The notes beneath the pieces were generated by a model. The model did not search any database. It was not told the origin of the DNA and saw only the letters and a list, made by a program, of their open reading frames with translations. A stretch of DNA of 53,127 nucleotides, taken from positions 1-53,127 of IMG/VR virus record IMGVR_UViG_3300044675_006021. One strand, 5' to 3'. This document shows, piece by piece, positions 1 to 8,446 of the stretch (its first letter is position 1; every line of letters begins with the position of its first letter). The position numbers were made by a program, and so were the translations under genes. Source of the stretch: a virus. Lineage: Duplodnaviria > Caudoviricetes.

Positions 1-132
1 ACTGGCGACGATATCCGTGCGCAGTTCACCGAGTCCAAGAGCATTGAGGATGATGTGAACGAGACGCTGGTGTCGGAAGACGTAGAGGAAAAGGATCCTC
101 TAAAGTACTTCTCCGAAATGGAGAATGATTGA
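1..132 (+). CDS. gp32: ssDNA-binding protein gp32, C-terminal fragment (partial)
   Basis: Frame 1 reads TGDDIRAQFTESKSIEDDVNETLVSEDVEEKDPLKYFSEMEND*. The acidic tail ending D-x-L-x-YF resembles T4-like gp32 C-termini, and gp32 commonly abuts the baseplate genes. Confidence 0.7.
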   Translation, partial: TGDDIRAQFTESKSIEDDVNETLVSEDVEEKDPLKYFSEMEND

Positions 133-133
133 G

Positions 134-160
134 AAAAGCCCCCGCAAGGGGGCTTTTTTT
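134..160. terminator. Bidirectional Rho-independent terminator
   Basis: AAAAGCCCCC-GCAA-GGGGGCTTTTTTT: GC stem, GNRA loop and A/T tracts on both sides, between convergent genes. Confidence 0.9.
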
Positions 161-590
161 ATCCCCACTTGGGATAGTCTGAAAACTGTTCTTTTCTGGT
201 TTCAAAAATTAAATTATTTTGTTCTAAAGTGGGTTTTTCATCAAAATTTGATTTTGCTTTTGGATCCGTGATCCATTTAGATTGCAAAGAATTTATTGTT
301 TCTGATAAATTTCTTTGAAGTCCACTTATTTGTGTTTCCAGTTTAGATATTTGATCTTCCATGTCTGCCTTTATCCGCAAATCTAAAGCGACTTTTGCGG
401 TTTGGGCAACTGGGGTTTCAGATATAAGAACTTGTGTTGGCTCAAATAAAATTGGTGGTGGTAGCGGTAAATCTGGCTGACTGGTTACAGCAAGCTGTAC
501 TTGTTTTTGTGATTCTGTAATAGCTGCAGAGAATACTTTTTGTTCTGCGGATACATCAATGTTTACTGGTGATTTAGACTCTTCCATCAT
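159..590 (-). CDS. Hypothetical protein with predicted coiled coil, in the position after gp26/gp51 (possible very short tape measure)
   Basis: 143-aa ORF whose ATG overlaps the gp51 stop (ATGA). Contains a heptad-like segment, MEDQISKLETQISGLQRNLSETINSLQ. Confidence 0.65.
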   Translation of the reverse strand: MMEESKSPVNIDVSAEQKVFSAAITESQKQVQLAVTSQPDLPLPPPILFEPTQVLISETPVAQTAKVALDLRIKADMEDQISKLETQISGLQRNLSETINSLQSKWITDPKAKSNFDEKPTLEQNNLIFETRKEQFSDYPKWG

Positions 591-790
591 TGAAAGCCTT
601 CATATTGTTTCATCATGCTAGTTTGTTTTTTCTGTTCTTGGTATTCAATCAGTAAGGTGATGTAAATTTCTCGTTCCCACCATATCATGTTATCTATATC
701 ATATAGATTCCAATTAAAATTATTTATTAATGTAAAGTTGGTGGTAAAGTAGTCTTTTAAGTCAAAAAACTTTACCGATAGGTAAAAAAA
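587..790 (-). CDS. gp51: Baseplate hub assembly chaperone gp51-like reading frame (no start codon; probably expressed by -1 frameshift from gp26)
   Basis: Not in the ORF track. Translates FFYLSVKFFDLKDYFTTNFTLINNFNWNLYDIDNMIWWEREIYITLLIEYQEQKKQ..., matching the gp51 motif L..Y..TNF.L......L..I.NM..WEREIY..LL. Confidence 0.8.
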   Translation of the reverse strand, partial: FFYLSVKFFDLKDYFTTNFTLINNFNWNLYDIDNMIWWEREIYITLLIEYQEQKKQTSMMKQYEGFQ

Positions 791-1434
791 GTAAGTAAAC
801 CACTTACCTCCTTTTCACCATCTTTGGTGTTTAACATTACGTAAAGTTCAGGTTGTTTGGCAAAAAACTCTTCAATTTTTGGTAAAACATTCATCGGCAA
901 ATTGTCAATTAAATTTTCTATGTCTTTTGTCACAAATTTATTTAAATAATAAATTTCGTTTTTAACAATTACTTTTTTAATACAGGCTTTGATAAAAACA
1001 TCTTTGTCGAATGATGAAAGTTTTAACAGATCTTTTATTGTAGGAGTTTGAACTACGATATGAGTATCGTCTGTTAATTTTATTTTATCTTCTGATATTG
1101 CATTTCGATGCAATATATCAAATATATAAACTTGAACTTTTTCTTGGTTGTATATCAAGTTTAGACGTTCGTCCACACTCTTTGATCTAATTTGCAAAAA
1201 TAAAAATTCAGCGTCAGCCAAACACAAGTCCAATACGTTTACTCCTTTTGTGTTTGTTTTTAAAAGTTCAACCATTGATTGCAGAGCTAATTTTTTATTT
1301 TCTTCTTGCAATACGATTGATATGTTTTTTGCATCTTTTACTCTAAATGGAGTAAATGATGCTTTTTCATTGGAAAAAGGCAATACAGTTTCATATTGTG
1401 GTAACAGTGCTTCTAAAGAAGGAAACGAGTCCAT
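772..1434 (-). CDS. gp26: Baseplate hub assembly protein gp26
   Basis: Motifs LP.YE..LP, F.PF.VK, L...D.E.LFLQIRSKSV.E, and C-terminal GL..FF. Confidence 0.85.
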   Translation of the reverse strand: MDSFPSLEALLPQYETVLPFSNEKASFTPFRVKDAKNISIVLQEENKKLALQSMVELLKTNTKGVNVLDLCLADAEFLFLQIRSKSVDERLNLIYNQEKVQVYIFDILHRNAISEDKIKLTDDTHIVVQTPTIKDLLKLSSFDKDVFIKACIKKVIVKNEIYYLNKFVTKDIENLIDNLPMNVLPKIEEFFAKQPELYVMLNTKDGEKEVSGLLTFFTYR

Positions 1435-1443
1435 TTATAATCC

Positions 1444-2013
1444 TCACGATGGGCTGGTAAATGTAAAGTCTCTAAAATTAATCAATACTTGATATGTCGA
1501 ATATTTATTAGCATCGATCATATCCAAAACAATCGGTAATGTCTCTATGGGATATATTTCATAAAATGTAAATGTTCTATTGATATTTCCATTTAAATCT
1601 AAAAGATTGATGTTCATTGAGGCGTCCAAGATGATATCATCATAATAAGAAAGTTGAAACGGAGCACCATAATAGCCTTTTTGTCTACCACCAGAATAAA
1701 TTGTATTAAACCAGGTATCAAAAAAATCGGTAATAAAATTATCGTTGGTGACGGCAAATGTCAGTAAAACGCCCTGTGGAAATTTTTGAGAGCGTGGAAC
1801 GGTTCTTCCGAGACCATAACCAGCTAAATTATCTGCAATTCCGTCAATAGCTCTAGATCCAATCGTAACTGCAAGTGGCTGGAGATCATCATTTGAAATC
1901 TGCGGCAATGTCTCTGGTAGAGACAAAGACATGGAAAATCTGTTTGATCGCTGTAGACCTTTATGGCGATCAAAAAAGTCTTTAATATTGATTATTGAGT
2001 TTGAGTTAGCCAT
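1444..2013 (-). CDS. Tail tube-fold protein, gp54-like baseplate tube initiator
   Basis: GLQRSNRF N-terminus, FFDTWFN, YYDD, LLDLNG and YPI...I.L match the gp19/gp54 family. Lies between gp4 and gp26. Confidence 0.7.
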   Translation of the reverse strand: MANSNSIINIKDFFDRHKGLQRSNRFSMSLSLPETLPQISNDDLQPLAVTIGSRAIDGIADNLAGYGLGRTVPRSQKFPQGVLLTFAVTNDNFITDFFDTWFNTIYSGGRQKGYYGAPFQLSYYDDIILDASMNINLLDLNGNINRTFTFYEIYPIETLPIVLDMIDANKYSTYQVLINFRDFTFTSPS

Positions 2014-2425
2014 TGGTAAATAATTCTTTTTCTGTTATTATTTTAAAAATCATATTGTTTTTTGTGCAATAGTCTTTTGCTGCTTTCCATTTTGCGTTGT
2101 TTACAGCCCAAATCATTCTCTCTCTTTTAGAGGCACTTTCTTTCAATATGGTTTGCTTTTTTGGCTTTACCTCAACCATCCATGTATGCAATCCATCATT
2201 GTTTTTAAACTGGATGATGAAATCCGGATAGTAGGTGTGCATTTTACTGTCGATGGGGCTCATATAAGGAATCCCGATTTCCTCAGATGACCATTTGATT
2301 ATACTGGGGTGCTCATCACAAAATTTGCAAACATTACGTTCCCAAAGAGAACGGCAGACAATTTTGCTCGCATCTCCCACGTATTTTTTATAATTTTTGG
2401 GATTAAATACCGTTTTGTATGCCAT
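2006..2425 (-). CDS. gp4: Head completion nuclease gp4
   Basis: Motifs F.PKN.KKY.GD, RSLWER, W.SEE..IPY.SP.D, YYPDF, EVKPKKQT and W.VN.AKW.AA. The second ATG is the preferred start. Confidence 0.9.
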   Translation of the reverse strand: MAYKTVFNPKNYKKYVGDASKIVCRSLWERNVCKFCDEHPSIIKWSSEEIGIPYMSPIDSKMHTYYPDFIIQFKNNDGLHTWMVEVKPKKQTILKESASKRERMIWAVNNAKWKAAKDYCTKNNMIFKIITEKELFTNG

Positions 2426-2428
2426 CAT

Positions 2429-2455
2429 AATATTTAGAGAAATTGTCTAAATATT
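2429..2455. promoter_or_regulatory. Back-to-back T4-type late promoters (TCTAAATA on both strands)
   Basis: AATATTTAGA-gaaattg-TCTAAATATT is a perfect 10-bp inverted repeat between the divergent gp4 and gp48 genes. Confidence 0.75.
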
Positions 2456-2460
2456 TACAT

Positions 2461-3276
2461 ATGGCCTATTTCTACAAATATCCAACGGGCAGTGCAGCAG
2501 ACGAACAACCTATGTGGTTGAATTTTTATGCTGCAAACTATTCATTAATTGATACGGATAGAACTCGATCAGGGGTCATCAGCCGTTCCTTCGCTCATTT
2601 GCAGCTACCGATGCCAAAGGAACCGGGTTACCAAATAGCACACGAATATGGTGAAAGTAATAACAATCCGGTAGGCCCGGTTCTCAGTGCAGCTGGTATC
2701 GCCAATGCCGGTGGTGGCCTAAAAGGTACGCTTAATGTCTTAAAAAGAACCCTGCAACCCGCTACTTTTTACTGGGAACGTATGTTTGCTACTTCAACTT
2801 TCAGACGTTTTAGCAACATTGCGGAATATACTATGGTAAGTGAAGGAAGAAAACGGTATTTTTTCCAATATGTTTTTACGCCCAAAAATGAAAGAGAAAC
2901 AATTGAAGTCGAAAGTATCGTTGGAACTTTTAGAAAAGCATCATATCCAACTGTAGCTTCAGGGCTACCAGAAAGATCCTATCCACAAAATTTGTGGTGC
3001 ATTCAAGCAACCCCAGGAAATCAAACACCGCTGGGTGGATCGGATCCATTTAATCTTACTGCAAACTGGCTCGGTGAACCATTGGTGTGCGTACTGGAAA
3101 CAGTAAAGGTAGAAAAAAATGACGCAAGCGATCCCATAATTCGCTACTTGCCAAACGGAGCGTCTTCGCTGACTCTCCTTGGCCTCTATTTTACGGAATT
3201 TGAAACCGGCTCTTATGTTCCAGAGTGGAATGCACTCTGGTCAAAATCAGAAATATCTTCATATTACTTAACTTAA
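2461..3276 (+). CDS. gp48: Baseplate tail tube cap gp48-like
   Basis: Motifs YP, LPMP, R.Y.FQY.FTPKN..E...V..IV..FR...YP, CVLE.V.V and L.FTE.E. ATG at 2461 follows a late promoter. Confidence 0.8.
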   Translation: MAYFYKYPTGSAADEQPMWLNFYAANYSLIDTDRTRSGVISRSFAHLQLPMPKEPGYQIAHEYGESNNNPVGPVLSAAGIANAGGGLKGTLNVLKRTLQPATFYWERMFATSTFRRFSNIAEYTMVSEGRKRYFFQYVFTPKNERETIEVESIVGTFRKASYPTVASGLPERSYPQNLWCIQATPGNQTPLGGSDPFNLTANWLGEPLVCVLETVKVEKNDASDPIIRYLPNGASSLTLLGLYFTEFETGSYVPEWNALWSKSEISSYYLT

Positions 3277-3277
3277 A

Positions 3278-4123
3278 ATGAAATTTTTTACTAATCTACC
3301 AAAAACAACTTTTGCAAGCACAATCGGTAATTTTACAATTTCTGATTTTTTTACCTACTTGGACGTGGACAATACCCAAGTACAGGAAGCAGCTGTTGCT
3401 GTTGATGATAAAACGACTTTAGTAGAAGCTGCAGTAACGGTTTACCAAGATCCAAATGCGTTTTGGGCATTTGTTGCTGCTAGCAATACAGTAAATCCAT
3501 TTGCGCTTTTAGATATAAACAGCAATCTTTTTACAAAAAATACAGAAGATAAAATTAACCTTACTCTTTTACCCGGTCCTACATCGGTTACAGGGGGAAC
3601 GGCATTTCCAGCTGGAAGTCTAATAGTGCCTTATTCGGCCAATACCGGATTTACCTTTAATTCTGGTTATACCGGCAACTTTAATATAAGTGGACCATTT
3701 GCAGTAATAGAGCAATCATCATTTTATGATGGAAATATGGTAATAAGCGGTCAGGTTGGCGGAACACAAGATTTTATAATTGTTGGAGCCACGTCAGAGC
3801 GAGTTACGGTTATCCAAAAAAACTTTGATGGGTCATTTACTTGGGCTGGCTCATATTATACTGGAAACAAAAAAACGTATTCTAATAAAGTTGTTTATCA
3901 GTCTTTGAATAAAGATGGTAAAAAAATATTTAAAGAACTAGTTTCATCCAACCCAACAATCGATCAATACTTACCAATTTCAACACCAATTGGCGGTTCT
4001 ACCGCTTATACTCCTACGACGGCTCTAGATAATATTGACGATCAGACAAAAGAAATACAAGCATATATACCAGCACAGATAGGTTTGATACAGTCCTCAT
4101 TTATAACAGCTACACACAGATAA
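3278..4123 (+). CDS. gp53: Baseplate wedge protein gp53-like
   Basis: N-terminal MKFF..LP and LysM-like A...Y.DP...W.....N...NPF segment; directly after gp48. Confidence 0.75.
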   Translation: MKFFTNLPKTTFASTIGNFTISDFFTYLDVDNTQVQEAAVAVDDKTTLVEAAVTVYQDPNAFWAFVAASNTVNPFALLDINSNLFTKNTEDKINLTLLPGPTSVTGGTAFPAGSLIVPYSANTGFTFNSGYTGNFNISGPFAVIEQSSFYDGNMVISGQVGGTQDFIIVGATSERVTVIQKNFDGSFTWAGSYYTGNKKTYSNKVVYQSLNKDGKKIFKELVSSNPTIDQYLPISTPIGGSTAYTPTTALDNIDDQTKEIQAYIPAQIGLIQSSFITATHR

Positions 4124-4124
4124 T

Positions 4125-6161
4125 ATGCCAGCTCCTCCAACATTTCCAAAATTTAATCCCGCGTATTCAACAATACGTTTTATTAGACTTGGTACGCTAG
4201 TTATCAATAAACAAAATAAAGAATGTAGATTTGAACGTTTGGAAATGGTTGAAAGCATAAATGAAATATTTCCAAGTGGAAGTATTGTTGTAACAGACCT
4301 AAAAGATATAGTTTCATACATTGGAGCAAGTTCAATAGATTATATTGAAATTGAATTTTTTGATGGAAAAGTTATTTTTGGAGATATTACCAGCGTTTCT
4401 TACATAGATAACGCCGCGTCTGATAATGAAACAACAACTGTTGCAATTAATTTTACAAATTCTTATTACAAATATTTTTCAAATAATTCAATAATTAATT
4501 TATTGGGCTATAAAAAACCAGTTGTATTTTCAATTAATGAATTGGTAACGCTATTGCGTACCTGGACATTTGGCTCGGCTCCTGGTTCAGGATATCAAGA
4601 TTTTGCTTCAAACTTTTTCCTATATCGTCCAAATATTCCTTATATGTCTGGAGATGAAACGCAGCCAGGAAATGCTCTCGAATTTATAAAGTATCTAACA
4701 AATGGTGCTGTAGACGAGGCCGGAGAACCAAACTTTTTCTTTTGGACCACTTTTGGTGGTGGCGTAAACTTTAAATCATTTAAAAGAAATCCAGCCGCAG
4801 ATTGTTCTTTTACAACGATAAATGCGGATTACCGCAATATAGCAGTATATGATAATGAAGCTGTTATACAGCGTTTGTCTGACAGAAAGGTGTACCGTAA
4901 AGCATATTTTGCTGCTACGAGCCCAGCTTATCAATGGATTTCTAAAAACTATTACTATATCAGAAAAACACCAAAATACTTGGATGTTCTTCCAAAAATA
5001 AAAATTGACCCATCATTGACTGGAACTGCATTGGATGAAGCTATGGCAGAAGCTGCAGCACAGACAGAAAAGGAAGCAACTAAAAATTTAATGTTTCATT
5101 TTCAAGATGATGGACAAAAATACAACATTGATGTTGTTACTGTAGATGGCAGAGGCACTATTGCACCTAAAGGTGGAGATGCTATACCATATGAAAAGGA
5201 TTGGGGTTACTTTGATGGTAAGGTTCCTACAAATACACAATCTGTAACAAATCTTTTAAGTAATCAATATGGAACAAATTTAAATTATGCTGGTTTAAAT
5301 TTTATGGGAGAAACTGGGTATATGCCTTTCTTGGATAGCCCAGACATGTGGAAAAATATGTTTGATTTGACACCAATACATCCCCATTATCCAGATGAAG
5401 GAAGCTTGTCGGCTACCAGTCCAGTACCATGCAGTGGTGGCGGTAGTGTCGGTATCGATGGCAAGGATACCAATCTCCAGCACATAATGGATATCCGATA
5501 TAAATCATTCATTGATAGCATTTCTTCAATCTCAGCAGACAGGGTATCTCAAATAAGAGACATAGAAACTCAAAACTTTGTACTTTACTCACTTTGTTGC
5601 ATGGGTAAAAAAGAGGATTGTTTCTTTGCTGTGTTACAAAGATATGAACCGGATTCAGCATATTACGGCACAACAGGGGCATCGGGTGGTTCTGGTGGAA
5701 CTGCAGGAGCTGGATTAACTCTACCCATGGGTGCTAAAATGTATCGTTATAAATGGAATAAAATAAATTTTGATTCCGGAACTACAGGTAGCTCAGGAGG
5801 AACCGGGTCAACTGGAGGGATGGGCGGATCGAGTGGTTCCTCTGGTGCTACTGGTTCTTATCTTGTACACCAATTAGAAAAATGGTCTCTTGATCCTACA
5901 GTTAAGTCAAATAATACACAAGATAGCACATGGGCCATTAATCTAAATGAAAGAGGTTTGAGTGGAAACGTTTTGCCACCGGGATGGGTTGTAAGCAGCA
6001 CAGGGAATTTTAAATATCGTCCTATAGGTGCATCTGGTTCTAGTAGCTTCAACGCTTCTGGAAATATATTTCACATTGCCAGAATTTGCGTTGAAACTGT
6101 GGATGGTAATAATCAATTGGCGTATTTTTGGGCCGAAAATACAGTGGATGGAGATTGCTGA
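4125..6161 (+). CDS. Baseplate hub (gp27-like) N-terminal part with large Gly/Ser-rich insertions
   Basis: ESINEIFPSGSIVVTD and FFFWTT....NFKS resemble the N-terminal half of T4-like hub proteins; synteny after gp53. Confidence 0.55.
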   Translation: MPAPPTFPKFNPAYSTIRFIRLGTLVINKQNKECRFERLEMVESINEIFPSGSIVVTDLKDIVSYIGASSIDYIEIEFFDGKVIFGDITSVSYIDNAASDNETTTVAINFTNSYYKYFSNNSIINLLGYKKPVVFSINELVTLLRTWTFGSAPGSGYQDFASNFFLYRPNIPYMSGDETQPGNALEFIKYLTNGAVDEAGEPNFFFWTTFGGGVNFKSFKRNPAADCSFTTINADYRNIAVYDNEAVIQRLSDRKVYRKAYFAATSPAYQWISKNYYYIRKTPKYLDVLPKIKIDPSLTGTALDEAMAEAAAQTEKEATKNLMFHFQDDGQKYNIDVVTVDGRGTIAPKGGDAIPYEKDWGYFDGKVPTNTQSVTNLLSNQYGTNLNYAGLNFMGETGYMPFLDSPDMWKNMFDLTPIHPHYPDEGSLSATSPVPCSGGGSVGIDGKDTNLQHIMDIRYKSFIDSISSISADRVSQIRDIETQNFVLYSLCCMGKKEDCFFAVLQRYEPDSAYYGTTGASGGSGGTAGAGLTLPMGAKMYRYKWNKINFDSGTTGSSGGTGSTGGMGGSSGSSGATGSYLVHQLEKWSLDPTVKSNNTQDSTWAINLNERGLSGNVLPPGWVVSSTGNFKYRPIGASGSSSFNASGNIFHIARICVETVDGNNQLAYFWAENTVDGDC

Positions 6162-6973
6162 TGGGAAAACAGATAATAACATATGGTACAAATTACTCAC
6201 AACATGCACTTTATACTGTTAATAGTAGGGGTGCATATGAATGTGCAAATGCAAAAATTACAAGAGGATATACCTCAATCCCATCAAATGTACAAGATTG
6301 CTTAGACAGATTTCCAGAAATAAAGGCAATTGCAGAAGCAGTTGGATTTTATTCTCCTCCGGAAGGTAGCTCGGGCTCATCTGGTGGTTCTGGAGCATCT
6401 GGCGGTAGTGGTGGAAATGGCGGTGGTGTAAATCTTTGGACCGGTAATGTTCCGGTTCCCGCGTTTAATACCAGTAATCCAGAAGATTTATATTTTGAAA
6501 AATCTTCTTCAGAATGTGGATATGTTAATGATGACCCAAATTTGGGCCCCGATTGGATGGGCTGCTTATGGGGAACCCCTTCTGCACCGTATAGCTGCAC
6601 ATGCCCCGAAGTTAGACCAAATTACGAAGCTTACATAAAACACAGATTAAATGTTGCTTCATTCTGGAATACACCAGTAGAAACACCGGTAAAGCGTGCT
6701 GAATTTTTAGATGCTTTACAATATGGAAGAAAAATAGATGTAACAATAGCTGGTGATTTTAATCTTAAAGTGGGGCAAGTCGTAAATATTAGATTAAATG
6801 GAATTAGTGGTTACCCCTATTCATCCAGCAATTCATTTTTAAATGGTTTATTTTACATAATTGCAATAAAGCACGTTGTTACAAATTCTGGAACACATGA
6901 AACGGCGTTGTCTTTGTCTACGATAGCATCGGATTACTCATCTTTTGGTGCAGTAGGCCCAGTTTACCCTTGA
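6161..6973 (+). CDS. Baseplate hub (gp27-like) C-terminal part
   Basis: TGATG overlap with the previous gene. C-terminal I.V.I.GDFNLKVGQVVNI...NG.FYII.IKH......HET.L.L is the conserved hub (gp27/Mu gp44) end. Confidence 0.65.
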   Translation: MGKQIITYGTNYSQHALYTVNSRGAYECANAKITRGYTSIPSNVQDCLDRFPEIKAIAEAVGFYSPPEGSSGSSGGSGASGGSGGNGGGVNLWTGNVPVPAFNTSNPEDLYFEKSSSECGYVNDDPNLGPDWMGCLWGTPSAPYSCTCPEVRPNYEAYIKHRLNVASFWNTPVETPVKRAEFLDALQYGRKIDVTIAGDFNLKVGQVVNIRLNGISGYPYSSSNSFLNGLFYIIAIKHVVTNSGTHETALSLSTIASDYSSFGAVGPVYP

Positions 6974-6981
6974 TATAAATA
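6974..6981 (+). promoter_or_regulatory. T4 late promoter TATAAATA
   Basis: Exact consensus, 5 nt before the gp25 ATG. Confidence 0.8.
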
Positions 6982-6986
6982 TTCTG

Positions 6987-7367
6987 ATGGGCACTAAAGA
7001 TTTTTCTATTCTTTTGGAAAAAGTAAGCGTAACTGATACAAAAAAGGATATCAGTTTGGTTACCGGTTTTAACGCTTACGCACAGTACATAGAAGTCGTG
7101 TGCAAAACCCAAAAAGGTGAACTCGTGTCAGACATGAACTTGGGTTCAAATTATTATGAATATATCTTTAATGGTCAGGCTGACCTGCCCGCATTACAAA
7201 ATTCGATGGCGGGATATATTCAGGCCGTAATACCTAAAGTAGCAAATGTTAAAGTTATCACACAATATTCTTCCGCAAGTCAATTTCAATTTAATGTTTA
7301 TTATTCAGTATCGGACGGGATAAACTCACAAACCAATAATAGTACTTTTGTCGAGGTCGAAATCTAA
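6987..7367 (+). CDS. gp25: Baseplate wedge subunit gp25-like
   Basis: 126 aa with KD.S, DI, T.KGE....LGS and I....P.V motifs; precedes gp6. Confidence 0.8.
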   Translation: MGTKDFSILLEKVSVTDTKKDISLVTGFNAYAQYIEVVCKTQKGELVSDMNLGSNYYEYIFNGQADLPALQNSMAGYIQAVIPKVANVKVITQYSSASQFQFNVYYSVSDGINSQTNNSTFVEVEI

Positions 7368-8446
7368 TGACATACCAAATACAAAATTTAAACGTATCTT
7401 CTTTAGACTTCGATGATATCAAAACATCGTTGGTTGATTTTTTTAAACAACAACCAGATCTGTCAGATATAGATTTTGACAATGAAGCAAGCACGGCCAA
7501 CCTATTAGTAAATATTTTAGCAACTGCAACAGCATATAATGGTGTTTATGCACAATTTGGATACGTAAATTCCTTTGCTACAACAACAACCCTGATGAAT
7601 AGTTTGCTCGGTATTGCAGCAAACAGCTCGGTATTGGTTGTACCGGTTCAAGGAGCATCTGCTACGAGAACGGTAACTGCAGTCGGTGCAACTTTGCAAG
7701 ATTATACAACTTTCCAAGCATCAACTACAAACGGGGCAGTCACGTTCTTCTTTAATATCGCATCTATACCAGCGGGTACAGCAAAATCAATAACACTATA
7801 TTCGGGATCTGAAGTTATCAGCTATACAAATTATGATTATGCGACACAATCATGCGAGCTTCCCTATTCAATAGATCCACGAACTATTTCTTTGTATGAA
7901 ACAACCACCAATTCTGGTGTAATCAATAAATGGACAAGAGTAGAGAAGAGTGATACGGCAACATCCGGTGACCAAAATATTTTTACCGTAATTAATGGAC
8001 CAAAAGGTTATATTGTAACAAACAATCTGCCCAATGCAAAGTATCTTACCACATCAAGCACGGTTCTCATAAGAGCCGTATCATCAAACGGTGATGAAGG
8101 CAATAATGCCTCTATCACCCAAAGAGCTGATGTCCAATTTAATACATCTGCTACACCAACAGGTGGTTACGATGAGATTTCAATAGAACAAGCACGATAT
8201 AGTCTTTTGTTCAATGCAACTGGCCAGGATCGATGTGTAACGGTAAACGATTACGTAAATGCAATTTTAAGTTCAGGTATATCCGGAACTAACGACGAAT
8301 CTTTAATTACCGTTCAAACACATTGTTGCATCCCCGGTGCTGTTAAAATTTATGTGTCTGGGCTATCTACCAGCAACCAAACTCTACTTATGCGCTATCT
8401 CACTACTAAATCTGTGGCGGGAATTCAGTTAATATACGAACTATGA
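7367..8446 (+). CDS. gp6: Baseplate wedge gp6-like, short form
   Basis: LDFDDIK.SL..F, D.DF, L..ILA..T.YN and GG.D..SIE..R.....Q.R.VT..DY motifs; only 359 aa. Confidence 0.85.
   Translation: MTYQIQNLNVSSLDFDDIKTSLVDFFKQQPDLSDIDFDNEASTANLLVNILATATAYNGVYAQFGYVNSFATTTTLMNSLLGIAANSSVLVVPVQGASATRTVTAVGATLQDYTTFQASTTNGAVTFFFNIASIPAGTAKSITLYSGSEVISYTNYDYATQSCELPYSIDPRTISLYETTTNSGVINKWTRVEKSDTATSGDQNIFTVINGPKGYIVTNNLPNAKYLTTSSTVLIRAVSSNGDEGNNASITQRADVQFNTSATPTGGYDEISIEQARYSLLFNATGQDRCVTVNDYVNAILSSGISGTNDESLITVQTHCCIPGAVKIYVSGLSTSNQTLLMRYLTTKSVAGIQLIYEL

Noticed and set aside
762-803. GTG just after AAGGAGGT as an independent gp51 start
   Set aside because: That GTG is in the third frame and reaches TGA after 13 codons, so it does not encode the gp51 motif.
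2006-2428. TnsA-like PD-(D/E)xK nuclease suggesting a transposon or homing endonuclease
   Set aside because: Motifs and position match the T4 core head-completion protein gp4; there are no transposon ends or partner genes.
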